Source: an uncultured Clostridia bacterium (lineage in GTDB: Bacteria > Bacillota > Clostridia > TANB77 > CAG-508). Taken from it: 52,105 nt of DNA. The translations under genes were made by a program, and so were the position numbers. The stretch is from NCBI GenBank assembly GCA_947584125.1, contig CANPWI010000001.1, forward strand, positions 1-52,105. The letters are read 5' to 3'. The notes under the pieces are model-generated. The model saw nothing but the letters and a program-made list of their open reading frames with translations, searched no databases and had not been told where the DNA came from. Below are positions 21,056-32,300 of this stretch, in pieces (position 1 is the first letter of the stretch; the number at the start of each line of letters is the position of its first letter).

Positions 21056-21370
21056 CTAGCCTAAAATTAGTTCTAATATTTGTTTTGCAAAAGCTATAAT
21101 TACTCCACCAGCAAGCGTCATAAATCCATTTGCCCTTTGAGATGGATCGTGTGATTTTATAGCCATACCAACTTGCACAATTCCCCATAATAATAAAATT
21201 GCACCTATTGCACCAATTATTTGATACATAAAATTCTTTAAATTATTTATAACAGCTAATGGATCATCTGTTGCAAATACTGTATTGTTTCCAACTACTA
21301 ATACTGCTCCAACTGTTAAAACTTTCATACCTATACTTAATAATTTTTGTTTACTTATTTTCTTTTTCAT
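21056..21370 (-). CDS. Maff2-family small membrane protein
   Basis: Signal/TM N-terminus, then a two-TM core ...GAIGAILLLWGIVQVGMAIKSHDPSQRANG... typical of Clostridial ICEs. Assignment is from memory. Confidence 0.5.
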   Translation of the reverse strand: MKKKISKQKLLSIGMKVLTVGAVLVVGNNTVFATDDPLAVINNLKNFMYQIIGAIGAILLLWGIVQVGMAIKSHDPSQRANGFMTLAGGVIIAFAKQILELILG

Positions 21371-21426
21371 AAAAATTTCCTCTCTTTCTGAGGGGGAGTA
21401 TCATCTTATTTTGTTTTTCTTTAAAA

Positions 21427-23241
21427 TTAGTCATCTTTTTTAGATTCTTTCATTAAAAATTCATCTATTTCTTCATCAATTAAAATTTCATAATTTTCTA
21501 TATCTTTATACTTTTTACATTTAATATCACTAGTATTTGTATCTATTGATATAGTAGCAATAGCATTTTTGGTATTGCCGTGAATATACGATTTGTACCC
21601 TCCATCTTCTGTTAGTTTGATATTAGGGTGTGCAAATGTATTATATTTTAAATCTATTATTGGTCTTTCTCCTCTTATAAATAATAAAGCATACTTATTA
21701 TCCAACATTCTAACTTCATCTGGTGTCATTAGTTCTCTACCTGCTATCTGATAATTTGTACTATAACTTCCACTATGCCCAGTACTTTTTCCATAAGTGT
21801 TTGTATCAATAGTTTCTTTACCGTAAGAGTTCACTAATATACTTGTGTGTACTTTGCTCATTTCCGTCCGTAAATATAAGAGTTCATCACAGTTTCCCAC
21901 TATGCTCTCCCATTGTTTCTCAAATAGTGTCTTTAATTGTGCAAGATTTTGTAATATTATTGAAACTGATACACCTCTTGAACGCATTGTCGCTAAAATT
22001 TTGTCAAAATCATCTGGTAAACTAACATTAGCAAATTCGTCCATTATAAAATGAACATTTACTGGTAAAGCACCTTTATACTTATGGTCTGCTATATAAA
22101 ATAGTTGTTGAAATATCTGTGTGTATAGCATTGAAACAATAAAGTTAAACGATGTATCATTGTCTGGTATTAACGCAAAAAGTGCTACTTTTTTCTCTCC
22201 AATACTTGCTAACTCCATTTCGTCCTCCATTGTAAGATTTGCTAAATCTCGTAAATTAAATTTTTCTAACCTAGAAGCTAATGTTATTTGAATTGATTTT
22301 AGAGTTTTAGCTGAGCCAGAATGGTAACTTCTATAATATTTTAGTGCTATATGCTGTGGGTTTATTTCCTCTATCATTTTAAATAATTCGTCTAATGGAC
22401 TTTCGTATTCGTCATCATCTTCTTTTACATCTCCTGCTCTTAATAATTCTAATACCATATCAAAGTTTTGCTCATATTCGGGTGCTTCATATTTTAATAG
22501 AAAGATTAAAGACATAAGTAACATTGACGCAGAAGTATCCCAAAAAGGATCATTACTTTGACTTCCGTTTTGGTGTTGTACTTTTAAATAAATTTGTTAC
22601 AAGTCTTTGCACATCATTATCCGTTTTTAGATATTTGAATGGATTATATCCATAACTTAAATTCATATTGATTAAGTCTAAAACTTTTACTTCAAATCCT
22701 TTTTGTTCTAGCATATACCCTGTGTTCCTTAAAATTTCGCCTTTTGGATCTAAAATGATATAAGAGTTATTTGACGCTTGTAATAAATTAGGTTTTGCAT
22801 AAAATAATGTTTTTCCTGCACCGACTTCCGTCCAATTACTAATGTGTTAAGATTTCTTCTGTGTTTTTTAGCATTTAGCCCTAATCTTATATTTTGTGTT
22901 AATATTCTGTTTTCGCTTTCTGGTAACTGTTTATACTTTTTATTGATTTCTCTTGTATTTCCCCATTTAGCAGAGCCGTGTTCTTTACCTTTTTTATAAT
23001 TTTTTCTAGTGGAAAAATATGCTCCTATTCCTATAAAATAAGATAATAAAAAAATAGCAACTGTTTTTGTGCTATTCTCTACAATATTTATCTTAAATGG
23101 TGTATTTAGTGCTATTGGTAATTCATTTATTATTTTTGCAAGTCCCCCATCCAATAATGGTGCTACTAAAAGTGCCAACCATATAATAGGTATTATTCCA
23201 ATAATAGTTAATATTATATATATTCTATTATCTTGTTTCAT
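21427..23241 (-). CDS. VirD4/TraG-like type IV coupling protein (~602 aa); needs +1 at six CGG (plus G22830, G22823, G22567, G21870, G21866, G21823)
   Basis: N-terminal TM segments. P-loop VIG-G-S-G-AGKT and Walker B HFIMDEFAN. The corrected segment FLG motif reads LLYL-G-G-NEQSTHKYISELL-G-KETID. 1815 nt minus 6 equals 603 codons. Confidence 0.9.
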
Positions 23242-23437
23242 TTCTATCTCCTTTTTTTCGGTGGAATATTCCCTTTTGTTTTTTAGACGGTGATTTAGCA
23301 ATTTTTACTATAACTTTGTCTATTAAATCCGTTTCTTTTTCTTGTTGTCTTAATTCATTTTTCATACTTAATAAAGAATTTAATATAATTGCATAAACTA
23401 TTCTATCCATTTCAACTACTCTTGTTTCATCTTCCAT
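23228..23437 (-). CDS. small hypothetical protein (69 aa)
   Basis: ORF overlapping the coupling-protein start. No motif recognised. Confidence 0.45.
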   Translation of the reverse strand: MEDETRVVEMDRIVYAIILNSLLSMKNELRQQEKETDLIDKVIVKIAKSPSKKQKGIFHRKKGDRNETR

Positions 23438-23445
23438 AAAACTTC

Positions 23446-24336
23446 CTACCTTTCATATTCTCTATTAGTCTTATTCCTGTTTTGCATTCCAACATCTCTG
23501 TCCATTCCCTCTGCTAATATTTCAAAACATTCTCGTCCTTTTCCTAACTCTGCTTTAATTTCTTGTGGTGTCATTTGTTTTAATTCTTCTGGTATCTTTT
23601 CAAAATTGAAATCTTTTGTTGGCACTCCGTATCTTTTACATATCATATATGCAACACTTTCATTTTTGAATTTATTTAATTCTGAATCTGCAAAAGATAA
23701 TGTATGAATACTTGCAATTTCTCTTATTAGTCCTTTTATCGTTTCTTCTACTTCTGCCTTTTCCGATACCTCTATAATTCTTTCGTCCACATTAAAATTA
23801 ACTAATTTGTTGGTATTTGAAGTATTTTGTACTGGTCTTACTTCAACTGGCGACATAGATAATATAGATTTCATTATACTTTCTTTTGAAAATGGTATTG
23901 TATTTAATTGCCTTTTTACTCTCATATCAGAAATATCATAAACATTTTTTGGGTTATAGCTTTGTGCTTCTGTTCCATCATCTCTTTCGTAAATATCTCC
24001 CTGCTCTAATATGATAATTTTATTTGGCTTTCCTGCAAAATTTATATTATCTTTTTTCCAACTTTCTGCATCTTTTAATTGTGTAGCATTTGGGTTTTGT
24101 GCTGTTACAAGTAATGCATTTCCTACTGAATAGGTTGGAAATTTACTTTGCACATTTAAGTAAGTCTTGTAAAGTTCTCCACTTTCTGTTATCTTTGTTG
24201 CCATTTCATCTTGCGTATTATATGCAAATTCTCTGTCTTGCTGTTTTCCTTTTCCCCATTCTTCTGCATTGAACTCTTTTTTATTACTTTGCACATTATT
24301 AACTGCACTTTTTATAATATCGTTTATCATACTCAT
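23446..24336 (-). CDS. ArdC-N-like ssDNA-binding domain protein
   Basis: ...YSVGNALLVTAQNPNATQLKDAESWKK... resembles the ArdC N-terminal domain. Assignment is from memory. Confidence 0.5.
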   Translation of the reverse strand: MSMINDIIKSAVNNVQSNKKEFNAEEWGKGKQQDREFAYNTQDEMATKITESGELYKTYLNVQSKFPTYSVGNALLVTAQNPNATQLKDAESWKKDNINFAGKPNKIIILEQGDIYERDDGTEAQSYNPKNVYDISDMRVKRQLNTIPFSKESIMKSILSMSPVEVRPVQNTSNTNKLVNFNVDERIIEVSEKAEVEETIKGLIREIASIHTLSFADSELNKFKNESVAYMICKRYGVPTKDFNFEKIPEELKQMTPQEIKAELGKGRECFEILAEGMDRDVGMQNRNKTNREYER

Positions 24337-24339
24337 AAC

Positions 24340-25140
24340 TTACTTGCTCCTTTCCTTTTTTCTATTTTTCTTTTTAGGTTGTTTGTGCTTTGTTTCATTT
24401 ACCTTTTCTTGTTTTGGTATTTCTTTTGTTTCTTCTTTTGCCTTTTGCTTTTCTTTTTCTTCATTTTGTTTTTTTATTGTATCTAGTTTTTCTCTTATTG
24501 ACGGCTTTTCTTCTTTTTTAATTCCCTCCATCTTTTCGTTTGCTTTCAATAAATTCTCTGATGGAACTTCTTTCTCCGTAACTGAAATGTTACTGGGATT
24601 GGTATTCTCATTTTCCTCCTTATTATTTTGTTTTTTCATTAGCTTATTTAATAAATCTTGCGATGTATTTTTTTCTTGAATTTCTTTTTGAATTTCTGCT
24701 TTTTCTTTTGGTGTAGGATTTTCTTTCTCTGCTTTTTCTAATACTTCATCTAATTGCGATTGTTCAACTGTTGTCAAATTATAGTTTTCTACTATTCTAT
24801 TTATTAGAACTGCATCCTCCTCTCTAACTACAATATCAATAATTCCATTTTTATTTCCTTTTAGATATATAGCACTATATGGTACTTTGTATTTTTTAGT
24901 ACCTTTTTTGAAGTCTTCTAGGTTTTCTTTTTTAATACTGAATATTTTAAAATTGCCCTTACCTTTTAACATTTTATTTAATCCTACTTTACCTGTTCTG
25001 TGTTCGTTTCGTTCTTTTGAGATAGCATATAACATTACTGCCACTTCTTTTGCCATACTTCCCATTAGTCTTGCAACAACTTCTGTTCCATCTAGTGTCA
25101 TTTTTACAAATTCATCTGCTGATTCGCTTGCTGTACTCAT
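24340..25140 (-). CDS. PcfB/DUF3801-like protein
   Basis: The N-terminal domain FVKMTLDGTEVVARLMGSMAKEVAVMLYAI... sits directly upstream of the coupling protein, as in enterococcal and clostridial elements. K/E-rich tail. Confidence 0.55.
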   Translation of the reverse strand: MSTASESADEFVKMTLDGTEVVARLMGSMAKEVAVMLYAISKERNEHRTGKVGLNKMLKGKGNFKIFSIKKENLEDFKKGTKKYKVPYSAIYLKGNKNGIIDIVVREEDAVLINRIVENYNLTTVEQSQLDEVLEKAEKENPTPKEKAEIQKEIQEKNTSQDLLNKLMKKQNNKEENENTNPSNISVTEKEVPSENLLKANEKMEGIKKEEKPSIREKLDTIKKQNEEKEKQKAKEETKEIPKQEKVNETKHKQPKKKNRKKERSK

Positions 25141-26467
25141 AACTCTTTTTCTCCTTTCCTTTTTGGATTTCTTCTTTTTCATCTAATTCTTTTAGATTTT
25201 GTTTTATCTTTGGTACTCTAGACTCAATTTCTTCACACTTTTTTATTTCGTGTTTTAGATATTGAATTTTCCCTGCAATTTTTGAGAGTTTTTCATAATT
25301 TACTTGTCTTTCTTCTTTCTTCAGTTTAGTGTTTTGATAGTAAAGTTTATCTCGCTCCTCTTCAAGATTTTTCTGTTCTTCTTTTAGGGTATTCATATAT
25401 AAAGAAAGTTCCTTTGTAGTCTTAATATCATTACTACAAAGAAGTCTTGCCTCCTCTGATATTCTTTCCATTTTTTGCACATCTGCTTTAATGGAAATTG
25501 GTGTTTTGTGTTTCTTTTCTGTTTTAGGATATATCTTTAATAAGTAACAATAATATAAATATAATGCCTTAATTCCTTTTGCTTTTTTCTTGTTTCTTAT
25601 CTTCCCTTTATAAATGTATATTTTATTTAAACGCTTTTCTGGAAATGGTAGTTTTATTGCATTTTCTGTCTTTATTCTTGCCTTTATTTGTTCTACTGTA
25701 TAATCATCTCCAAATGCTCTTGCTACTCTTATATTTTTTGTATATGGATCTTTTCTTATACTTAATTTACCTGCCCTATAAATAAGTTCATAATTCATTG
25801 CTTTTAATAAATTTTCAAATTCTTTATAGGTATTTGACTGTGTAATCGCATAATCAATATCTTGTTTTGTTTGTGTATGATAATTAGATTTTTTAGTATA
25901 TTTTTCAAAATATTTCGTATAATCAATTTTATATTTTCCTGTTGGCTTTTCTTTTAAAACTGACAATCCAAATTCTCTGCATAAATTGTCTGATGTATGT
26001 CGTATTAAAGCGTAGGTTTCGTCATTATCATAATACTTTTTTCCATCTACAAATGAAACAGAATTTATAACAAAATGATTGTGTACGCAATGGGTATTTA
26101 AGTGTGTTGTAACTACAACTTGGAATCTATCTCCCCATATTTCCTCTGCAAGTTTTACTCCAATTTTATGAGCTATATCTGGTGTTACTTCGCCCTCTTT
26201 GAATGACTGAAATGCGTGATAACCTAAAATTTTATCTTCCTTATCAAATATCTTTTTTGTTTCCATCATTTCTTGTAATATTGTATCTTCACTACAATTT
26301 ATTGCTGTAACATATAGCTGTTCTTCTGTTTTATAACTTGCCTTTGCATACTCAACTACTCTATGCAAATTATAATAACTGTCTGCGTCAGTTTTCTTTT
26401 CATTTACTGCATAATCAATAACATTATCTAATCTGCTTTGTATATCCCATATTTTTGTTGTTGCCAT
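25112..26467 (-). CDS. relaxase/mobilisation nuclease (MobA/VirD2 superfamily)
   Basis: His-rich metal site VTTHLNTHCVHNHFVINSVS. N-terminus MATTKIWDI... carries the catalytic Tyr region. C-terminal coiled coil. Confidence 0.85.
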   Translation of the reverse strand: MATTKIWDIQSRLDNVIDYAVNEKKTDADSYYNLHRVVEYAKASYKTEEQLYVTAINCSEDTILQEMMETKKIFDKEDKILGYHAFQSFKEGEVTPDIAHKIGVKLAEEIWGDRFQVVVTTHLNTHCVHNHFVINSVSFVDGKKYYDNDETYALIRHTSDNLCREFGLSVLKEKPTGKYKIDYTKYFEKYTKKSNYHTQTKQDIDYAITQSNTYKEFENLLKAMNYELIYRAGKLSIRKDPYTKNIRVARAFGDDYTVEQIKARIKTENAIKLPFPEKRLNKIYIYKGKIRNKKKAKGIKALYLYYCYLLKIYPKTEKKHKTPISIKADVQKMERISEEARLLCSNDIKTTKELSLYMNTLKEEQKNLEEERDKLYYQNTKLKKEERQVNYEKLSKIAGKIQYLKHEIKKCEEIESRVPKIKQNLKELDEKEEIQKGKEKKSYEYSKRISR

Positions 26468-26482
26468 TATATCGCCTCCGAA

Positions 26483-26797
26483 CTATTTTAAATATTTTTC
26501 TGCTAATCTCATTCTTAATTCATCAATACCTTTTAATGTTTTATCTACTCTCTTTGTATCTAGCTCTCGTGTATATTTACTTAAATCTTTTATTGTTTTT
26601 ATTTCTTTTCTTAACTGTAAAAGCTCTTTCATTGTATGATAAAATTCTTGTGGTGGCTTTTCTTTTATTGTTGTTCCTTTTATCAATTTTCTTATAACTT
26701 GTACTTCTGTTTTTCCAGATAAATTACTCAAATTTTTTAATGTATTATCTTCGTCTTCATCAAACCAGAAGTTCTTTTTTATTCTTCTTTTTCTCAT
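26483..26797 (-). CDS. MobC-like relaxosome accessory protein
   Basis: Small basic protein immediately upstream of the relaxase, with a ribbon-helix-helix-like N-terminus. Confidence 0.55.
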   Translation of the reverse strand: MRKRRIKKNFWFDEDEDNTLKNLSNLSGKTEVQVIRKLIKGTTIKEKPPQEFYHTMKELLQLRKEIKTIKDLSKYTRELDTKRVDKTLKGIDELRMRLAEKYLK

Positions 26798-26830
26798 AAC
26801 ATTTCCTTTCGTTTATTCATAATTTTAAAA

Positions 26831-26852
26831 TGGGGATTGGGGCATTGCCCCA
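26831..26852. promoter_or_regulatory. candidate oriT / MobC operator (G-rich repeat plus perfect 7-bp inverted repeat)
   Basis: tgggga at 26831-26836, then TGGGGCA-t-TGCCCCA at 26838-26852. This GC-rich island in AT-rich DNA lies ~40 nt upstream of mobC. Confidence 0.4.
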
Positions 26853-26901
26853 TAATATCGAATTTTTCTAGGGAGGAAAAATTCAGTGCTTGTTAGGACT
26901 A

Positions 26902-27249
26902 TCATTGGTGTACAACTTCATCTAATGTCATTGTATTTCCACACTTTTTACAAGAAATTTTTATTTGTTCTTCTTTATTTTTTTCTATAATTTCTTCTGT
27001 TAATTTTGCAAATTTTTTGTTCTTTTCTTCTGCTATTTCTCCTAAAACTACTTTCAATTTTTTCTCCAAACTTTCAGAATAAAATTCTCCAATATCATAA
27101 CGAATTTCATCATTATTTGCATTGTCAAAATCAATTTTACCATCTACTATTTGTTTTACAATTTTTTCTCTTGACTCCTTTTCATTTCTTGCTCTTATTC
27201 CTACAATTTTATCTACACTTTTTGTTACACAAATTAAGTAATTTTTCAT
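26902..27249 (-). CDS. hypothetical protein (115 aa)
   Basis: Intact ORF with CKKCGNT near the C-terminus. Confidence 0.55.
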   Translation of the reverse strand: MKNYLICVTKSVDKIVGIRARNEKESREKIVKQIVDGKIDFDNANNDEIRYDIGEFYSESLEKKLKVVLGEIAEEKNKKFAKLTEEIIEKNKEEQIKISCKKCGNTMTLDEVVHQ

Positions 27250-27251
27250 AA

Positions 27252-28205
27252 TTATCTTGTCCTTTCCTTTTCAATTTTTTTATTATTTTTTAAACATAAA
27301 TATTCATTTACATCTTTTCCATAAGGTACTGTATTGTTAAAAACTTTATATTTTTTACTTAATACCTGCTCAAAAAAAGTTGTTGCATTTTTTCCTGCTA
27401 AATCATTATCTAAATGCAAATGCACTTCATCTACATTAGCATTTTTTTCTAAAAATTCTATCAATGAAACTGGTATTTTTGTTTTTTCTAAATCATATTT
27501 TGAAGAATAAATACCACCTAATGACAATAAATTTTCTGCTCTCCAATTCTTATTTTCTAAACTTAAAAGAGTAGCATAAGATAATAAATCTATACTACTC
27601 TCAAATAAGTGAACTACATTATTTTTTTGTTCTGATTTTATTTTAAATGAATATCTTTTATTACTTCCTGTTGCCTCTCTCATAAATCTTTCTTTGTTTG
27701 TTGCTCTGCAAAAAGCATAACTTGGAATTTTATCATCATTATAACCAATAAACACAACATTATTTGTTTTTTCTTCTTGATAAATTAACTTATTTTGAAT
27801 ACAATATTTTATAATTTCCTTGTCAATTCCTCTTGATAATAAATAATTTATTGCTTTATCATTATTTACTGCTTTTATCGGTATTTTTAATTTTCTTTCT
27901 TCATTCTTTTGTTGTTGCTCATACTTAACTGGAGCTTGTACTTTTATATTACCTAAAACTGTTTGAACTGCATTTACAAATGAAAAATTTTTTACTTTCA
28001 TTAAATAATCAATTGCACTTTTTCCACCTATTCCTTTTGAAAACCAATACCATAAACCATTACTAATTTTTAGGCTATCGTGTTCTTTTGTTACATAAGT
28101 ATTTCTACATACTTCTTTTAACTGATTCGGCTCATAATTTTTTAAATAAGTAAGTAGGTCAATTTCTCTTGCTTGTGCAACTATTTCTGGTGCAATGTAT
28201 GACAT
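27252..28205 (-). CDS. DUF3991/TOPRIM domain protein (primase-like)
   Basis: TOPRIM Glu context VVHLFESSIDLLSY and the DxD motif HLHLDNDLAGKNA. Confidence 0.65.
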   Translation of the reverse strand: MSYIAPEIVAQAREIDLLTYLKNYEPNQLKEVCRNTYVTKEHDSLKISNGLWYWFSKGIGGKSAIDYLMKVKNFSFVNAVQTVLGNIKVQAPVKYEQQQKNEERKLKIPIKAVNNDKAINYLLSRGIDKEIIKYCIQNKLIYQEEKTNNVVFIGYNDDKIPSYAFCRATNKERFMREATGSNKRYSFKIKSEQKNNVVHLFESSIDLLSYATLLSLENKNWRAENLLSLGGIYSSKYDLEKTKIPVSLIEFLEKNANVDEVHLHLDNDLAGKNATTFFEQVLSKKYKVFNNTVPYGKDVNEYLCLKNNKKIEKERTR

Positions 28206-28214
28206 ATCTTACAC

Positions 28215-28427
28215 CTACCTTTCCATTCCTTTATGCTTTTTTTCTTTTATAACTTCGTCTTTATACTCTTTAAATTCTACACCTTTATAATCTTCATAAT
28301 CTAAAATATACTCTTGATTTGAATATCGATTTTGTGCAATATCTATTGCGTCTTCTAGTGAATTTGCTTTTATTTCAACAACTTTTTGCAAAGTTTCCTC
28401 TATTTCTATTTGATATATTTTTGGCAT
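28215..28427 (-). CDS. DpnD/PcfM-like small protein
   Basis: 70 aa. IYQIEIEETLQKVVEIKANSLEDAIDIAQNRY... resembles PcfM/DpnD. Assignment is from memory. Confidence 0.45.
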   Translation of the reverse strand: MPKIYQIEIEETLQKVVEIKANSLEDAIDIAQNRYSNQEYILDYEDYKGVEFKEYKDEVIKEKKHKGMER

Positions 28428-28432
28428 TTCTT

Positions 28433-28777
28433 TTACCTCTCTTTCATTTGGATTTTTAGCTTATCATACTCTAATGTTATATCTTGTATTTTTTCTTTTA
28501 CTTTATCTTCTAATAGTCCCCATATATTGCCGTCTGAACTTTCCCAAAAATTATATAATTTTTCTACTACATTATCTGTTTTTAGTAATACTTTTATTTC
28601 TGTTCTACCTAACATAGAACTATCTAAAATATCTCTTATTTGCTCTTTAAAATTGATTTCATAAGCATTTTGCATTATTTCTTTTGGCGTATAATTTTTT
28701 ATTAAATTTTGTTTATAATTATATAATTCTTGGTCAATTTTTTTCATTAGTGTATCTTTTAGTTGATCGTAATCCAT
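28433..28777 (-). CDS. hypothetical protein (114 aa)
   Basis: Intact ORF with an SD. Confidence 0.55.
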   Translation of the reverse strand: MDYDQLKDTLMKKIDQELYNYKQNLIKNYTPKEIMQNAYEINFKEQIRDILDSSMLGRTEIKVLLKTDNVVEKLYNFWESSDGNIWGLLEDKVKEKIQDITLEYDKLKIQMKER

Positions 28778-28799
28778 TAAAATTTTCTCCTCTCTGGCA

Positions 28800-28833
28800 T
28801 AAAAAAGAAGATACTAATTTCTTAATATCTTCT
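28800..28833 (-). terminator. rho-independent terminator
   Basis: agaagata (28806-28813) pairs with tatcttct (28826-28833). A U-run follows on the minus strand. Confidence 0.5.
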
Positions 28834-28844
28834 CTAGTATATAC

Positions 28845-29204
28845 CTATAATAATTTTAATTGTTTTAAAAAAATAATTGTTTCTTTTACACTCTGTTTAA
28901 AAATAGCTCTCATTTCAAGAATGTTCAAATCAACCTGTTTATCTGCAATATCTAAAATTGCTTGTAATTCATCTTTCGATAATTCTATTATTTCTCTATT
29001 TTCAATAAAATTTCTAACATTCGGATTGTCTTCTTTTATTTTTTCTATTTCTTTATTTAATTCTTTATATCTTAAATTACCCTGTAGAATTTCCATTTTT
29101 TTAGTTTCCAAATAATCTCTAACATCATCTTCACATTCATCAATAATATTAGTTTCTTTTTCACAATCCAAACTTGAAATAAATTCTTTAAAATAATTTT
29201 CCAT
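28845..29204 (-). CDS. hypothetical protein (119 aa)
   Basis: Intact ORF. A TGTTATAAT extended -10 lies upstream on the minus strand at ~29240-29250. Confidence 0.55.
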   Translation of the reverse strand: MENYFKEFISSLDCEKETNIIDECEDDVRDYLETKKMEILQGNLRYKELNKEIEKIKEDNPNVRNFIENREIIELSKDELQAILDIADKQVDLNILEMRAIFKQSVKETIIFLKQLKLL

Positions 29205-29302
29205 AATAAAAGACCTCCCTTATGATGTTTATATTATAACAATAATTAAGATATTGAAAATGTATAATTTATATTTTTTTGATGATTTTATAGTATTGAC
29301 TC

Positions 29303-32300
29303 TTATCTTACATATTGTTTTTGTTTTTCACATTCTTTTTCACATTCCTGAGTTTCAATATCATCTTCGTCATCTATTTCAATTACTTCACTATTGCTAG
29401 TTTCTCCTATTTTTAATTGTGCATTTACTACTTTTAGTCTTTTTAATGTTTCTTGTAATTCATCCTCTTTTGAAAATGGTATTGCAACATTTTCTTGTGC
29501 TGTTTTTAGTTGTTGTTGTAAATTTTTCAATTTATCTTGTGCTGTTGGTATTGATTTCATAATTGACTCTAATGTGTTATTTATACGAGTAATTATTCCT
29601 AACTTATCACTTCCTAATATTGCTCTATAAATTTGTTTATTTTTTAATGCTACTTGAAATACTTTTGAAAAAGTATTAAATTCTAAATACATTTGGAAAC
29701 CTCTATAAGTGCCTATATACACTCCTTTTGTATCATTTACTTTTTTACATAACTCCAGTATTTTTTCTCCTGCTTTTGCTTTTTCTTTATAAATCTGATT
29801 ATCTAATTGCATTGGACAAAATTCTTCATTAGTCGTATTCGTTTTTAAATATTCACTATCTTCTGTTAAATTAGCTATCTCTTTTTCACATTCTGTGATT
29901 TCTTGTGGATATTTTTTATTTATCATATCTTCTAGCTCATACTTTTGTCCTAAATAGCTTTGTTTTAGCATTTTTAATTTACTAGCTTTTGTTTCTAATT
30001 CTGTTTTCTCTTTTATAAGTGGATCTCCTGTTGCAATAGATTTTATTTCTGCATAGCTTAAAGCCTTTTCGTCTATATCTTCTATACTTCTTTCTGGTGT
30101 TTTAGAAGTCATAATTTGTGAAATTCCTCTTTGCTTTTTCTCTACCATTTGATACATATATGCGTCAAAAGTTCCCTTTGTTACATAGATATATTGATGT
30201 ACTATTTCATTTTTATTGCCTTGCCTTACTAATCTACCACCTCTTTGTGTTAGATCTCCTGGTCTATATGGACAGTCTAAATCGTGATATGCTATTCCTA
30301 AATCTTGCACATTCGTTCCTGCACCCATTTTAAATGTACTGCCTAATAATATTCTTATATCTCCTGTACGAACTTTTGCAAATATTTCTTCTTTTTTTGT
30401 TTCTGTTGTTGCGTCGTGTATAAATGCTATCTGTTCTTCTGGTATGCCCATATCTATTAGTTTTTTCTTAATATCATTATACACATCTGTAAATTGATAT
30501 TCATTTTCTTGTGTTCTATCTGGTTGTTCTGTTTCTTCTAATTCTTCTTTATCTACTTCATATACATTTTCTTCGTTTTCTTTCATAGGAATATTATCTG
30601 CTTTTTTAGGTGTAGATAAATCACAAAAAACAAGCTGTGTTAATTTTTTATCAGCTGTATCATACCAAACATTGTATATATTTTTTATACAAGCATTGAC
30701 TTTGCTTTCTTTTTCATCTGGTAGCATATTGTTTATAATTCTTTGGTCTAGTGCTAATTTTCTTCCCTCATTTGTAATATTTAACATATTATCTTGATAT
30801 ATACTAATTTGTCCACTTCTTATTGCCTCTGCTCTATCTCCTAGTGCTTTTACCATATCTTTTTGTATTTGAGTTGGTTCTACTTCAATTATATGCTTTT
30901 CTAGTTTAGGTACTGGCAAATTCAATGTTTCTGCTGTTTGAATGTCTGCAATTTCTCGAAACATACTCATTAACTCTGGTAAATTATAAAATCGTGAAAA
31001 GCTAGTCTTAATTTTGAACTTATTTCCGTTCAGGTAACAATTCAACAGCTGTAACTGTTTCACCAAATGTACTTGCCCAAGCATCAAAATGCTGTAAATT
31101 GTGTTTCAATAATGTATTGTACTGTAAATATCGTTGCATTGTATATAATTCTACAATGCTATTTGATATTGGTGTACCTGTTGCAAAAATAACTCCCTTT
31201 CCTCCTGTTATTTCGTCCATATACTGCGTTTTCATAAACATATCAGAACTTTTTTGTGCATCACTACTTCCTACTCCTGCTACCCTTTTCATTTTACTTT
31301 GAAAAAACAAATTTTTATAATAATGTGCCTCATCTACAAAAAGTCTATCAACTCCGTAATTGTTCGAAAGTTATAACATCATCTTTTCTCTCTGCATTGT
31401 TTAGTTTTTCTAGTTTCGTTTCTAATGACTTTGCTGTTAATTCTAATTGTCTTATGGAAAATTTTTCTCCATTTTGTTTCTTTAATTCTGCTATTCCTTG
31501 CATTATTTCATTTATTTGCTTTTCAAGAAAGTGCCTTTGTCTTTCAACTGACATAGGTATTTTTTCAAACTGACTATGTCCTATTAAAATAGCGTCAAAA
31601 TCTCCTGTTGCAATCTTTGAACAAAACTTCTTTCTATTATTCTTTGCAAAATCTTTCTTTGTAGTTACTAAAATATTTGCACTTGGATATAGTTGTAAAA
31701 ATTCATTAGCAAACTGCTCAACTATATGATTCGGCAATACAAATAAACTTTTATTGCATAATCCTAATCGTTTACTTTCCATTGCACCAGCTACCATTTC
31801 AAATGTCTTTCCTGCACCAACCTCGTGAGCTAGCAAAGTATTTCCATTATATAAAATTCTTGCAATAGCATTTACTTGATGTGGTCTTAATTTTATTTCT
31901 GGATTCATCCCATAAAAGTTTAAATGACTTCCATCATACTCTCTATTACGAATACAATTAAATTTGTCATTATAAATTCTTACTAACTTTTCTCGTCTGT
32001 CTGGATCTTTAAAAATCCATTCATTAAATTTTGCTTTGATTTCATCTTGCTTTGATTGTGCTATTGCTGTTCTTTGTTTATCAATAACTCTAATTTTTTC
32101 TCCATTATTATCGTAACTATCTTTATAAACTTTTGTATTTCTTAAATTCAATATATTTTCAATTATTCTAAAAGCATTTATTTTTGAATCTAGTCCATAA
32201 GTATTATTTGCTAAAACATTTGACTTATTTTCAGATTTTCCTGTTACATTCCAACCTGTTGTATATTCAGAATAATGTACTTTAATTCTTTGCTTATAAT

